Shown piece by piece: positions 14,534 through 14,790 of a stretch of 14,790 nucleotides of DNA. The DNA comes from Candidatus Krumholzibacteriota bacterium (GTDB lineage: Bacteria > Krumholzibacteriota > Krumholzibacteriia > LZORAL124-64-63). Location: assembly GCA_039714075.1 (NCBI GenBank), contig JBDLKA010000087.1:1-14790 (forward strand), given 5' to 3'. Within the stretch, counting starts at the first letter, position 1. Each line of letters starts with the position of its first letter. The notes under the pieces are model-generated. The model saw only the letters and a program-made list of their open reading frames with translations, searched no databases and was not told where the DNA came from. The translations under genes and the position numbers were made by a program.

Positions 14534-14790
14534 ATGGTACGCAGTGGGTTCCGAAAAGCTCAAAAGTTGGTCGATGTTTCTGTAGGCGAATCGGTTCGGA
14601 TCATTCGCGAACTGCAGGAGTTCAGTCAGAATGAGTTGGCGGAACTATCTGGCATTCCCCAGTCGACTATTTCGGCGATCGAAAATGATCGGGTTAGTCT
14701 CGGTGTGGAACGCGCAAAGGTTCTCGCCCGGGCGCTCCGGTGCCATCCTGCGGTTCTTGTGTTTCCGGGCTGGGAAGTGGACAGCGAGTT
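14534..14790 (+). CDS. Cassette 6: XRE-family HTH antitoxin (HigA-like); 3'-truncated by the window edge
   Basis: Not in the ORF track. Manual translation MVRSGFRKAQKLVDVSVGESVRIIRELQEFSQNELAELSGIPQSTISAIENDRVSLGVERAKVLARALRCHPAVLVFPGWEVDSE...; starts 3 nt after the toxin stop, with SD AAGGAAG. Confidence 0.88.
   Translation, partial: MVRSGFRKAQKLVDVSVGESVRIIRELQEFSQNELAELSGIPQSTISAIENDRVSLGVERAKVLARALRCHPAVLVFPGWEVDSE

Larger units (their letters stand above)
9542..14790 (+). mobile_element. Integron (intI + attI + at least 6 gene cassettes); the array continues past the window end
   Basis: intI, a GTTAGAC core site and five attC sites, each separating one gene or one TA pair; visible drop in GC after 10498. 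No transposase or plasmid gene in the window. Confidence 0.95.

Overview
The left 9.5 kb is GC-rich chromosomal sequence. It holds the 3' end of a caa3-type cytochrome c oxidase subunit II gene, heme O synthase (ctaB/cyoE), a large LVIVD-repeat protein, a family-3 acyltransferase, a GH32-like secreted hydrolase and an arylsulfatase. Two of these proteins end in a PNPFNP/FlgD-Ig-type C-terminal domain, which points to an FCB-superphylum host (inference). The right 5.3 kb is a sedentary-looking integron with a non-canonical layout: intI (9542-10498, +) points INTO its cassette array. The order is intI stop, a candidate Pc promoter, an 11-codon mini-ORF, attI (G/TTAGAC at 10774), then six AT-richer cassettes separated by five homogeneous 98-99 bp attC sites. 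Cassettes 1-3 encode unknown envelope-type proteins: a CxxC-x20-CxxC membrane protein, a possible small outer-membrane beta-barrel, and a secreted protein resembling a degenerate host C-terminal sorting domain. Cassettes 4-6 are three consecutive toxin-antitoxin modules with their own promoters (HigBA, BrnTA, RelE/YoeB-like plus XRE); two of the toxins appear to be leaderless. All calls come from manual motif reading; no database searches were run.
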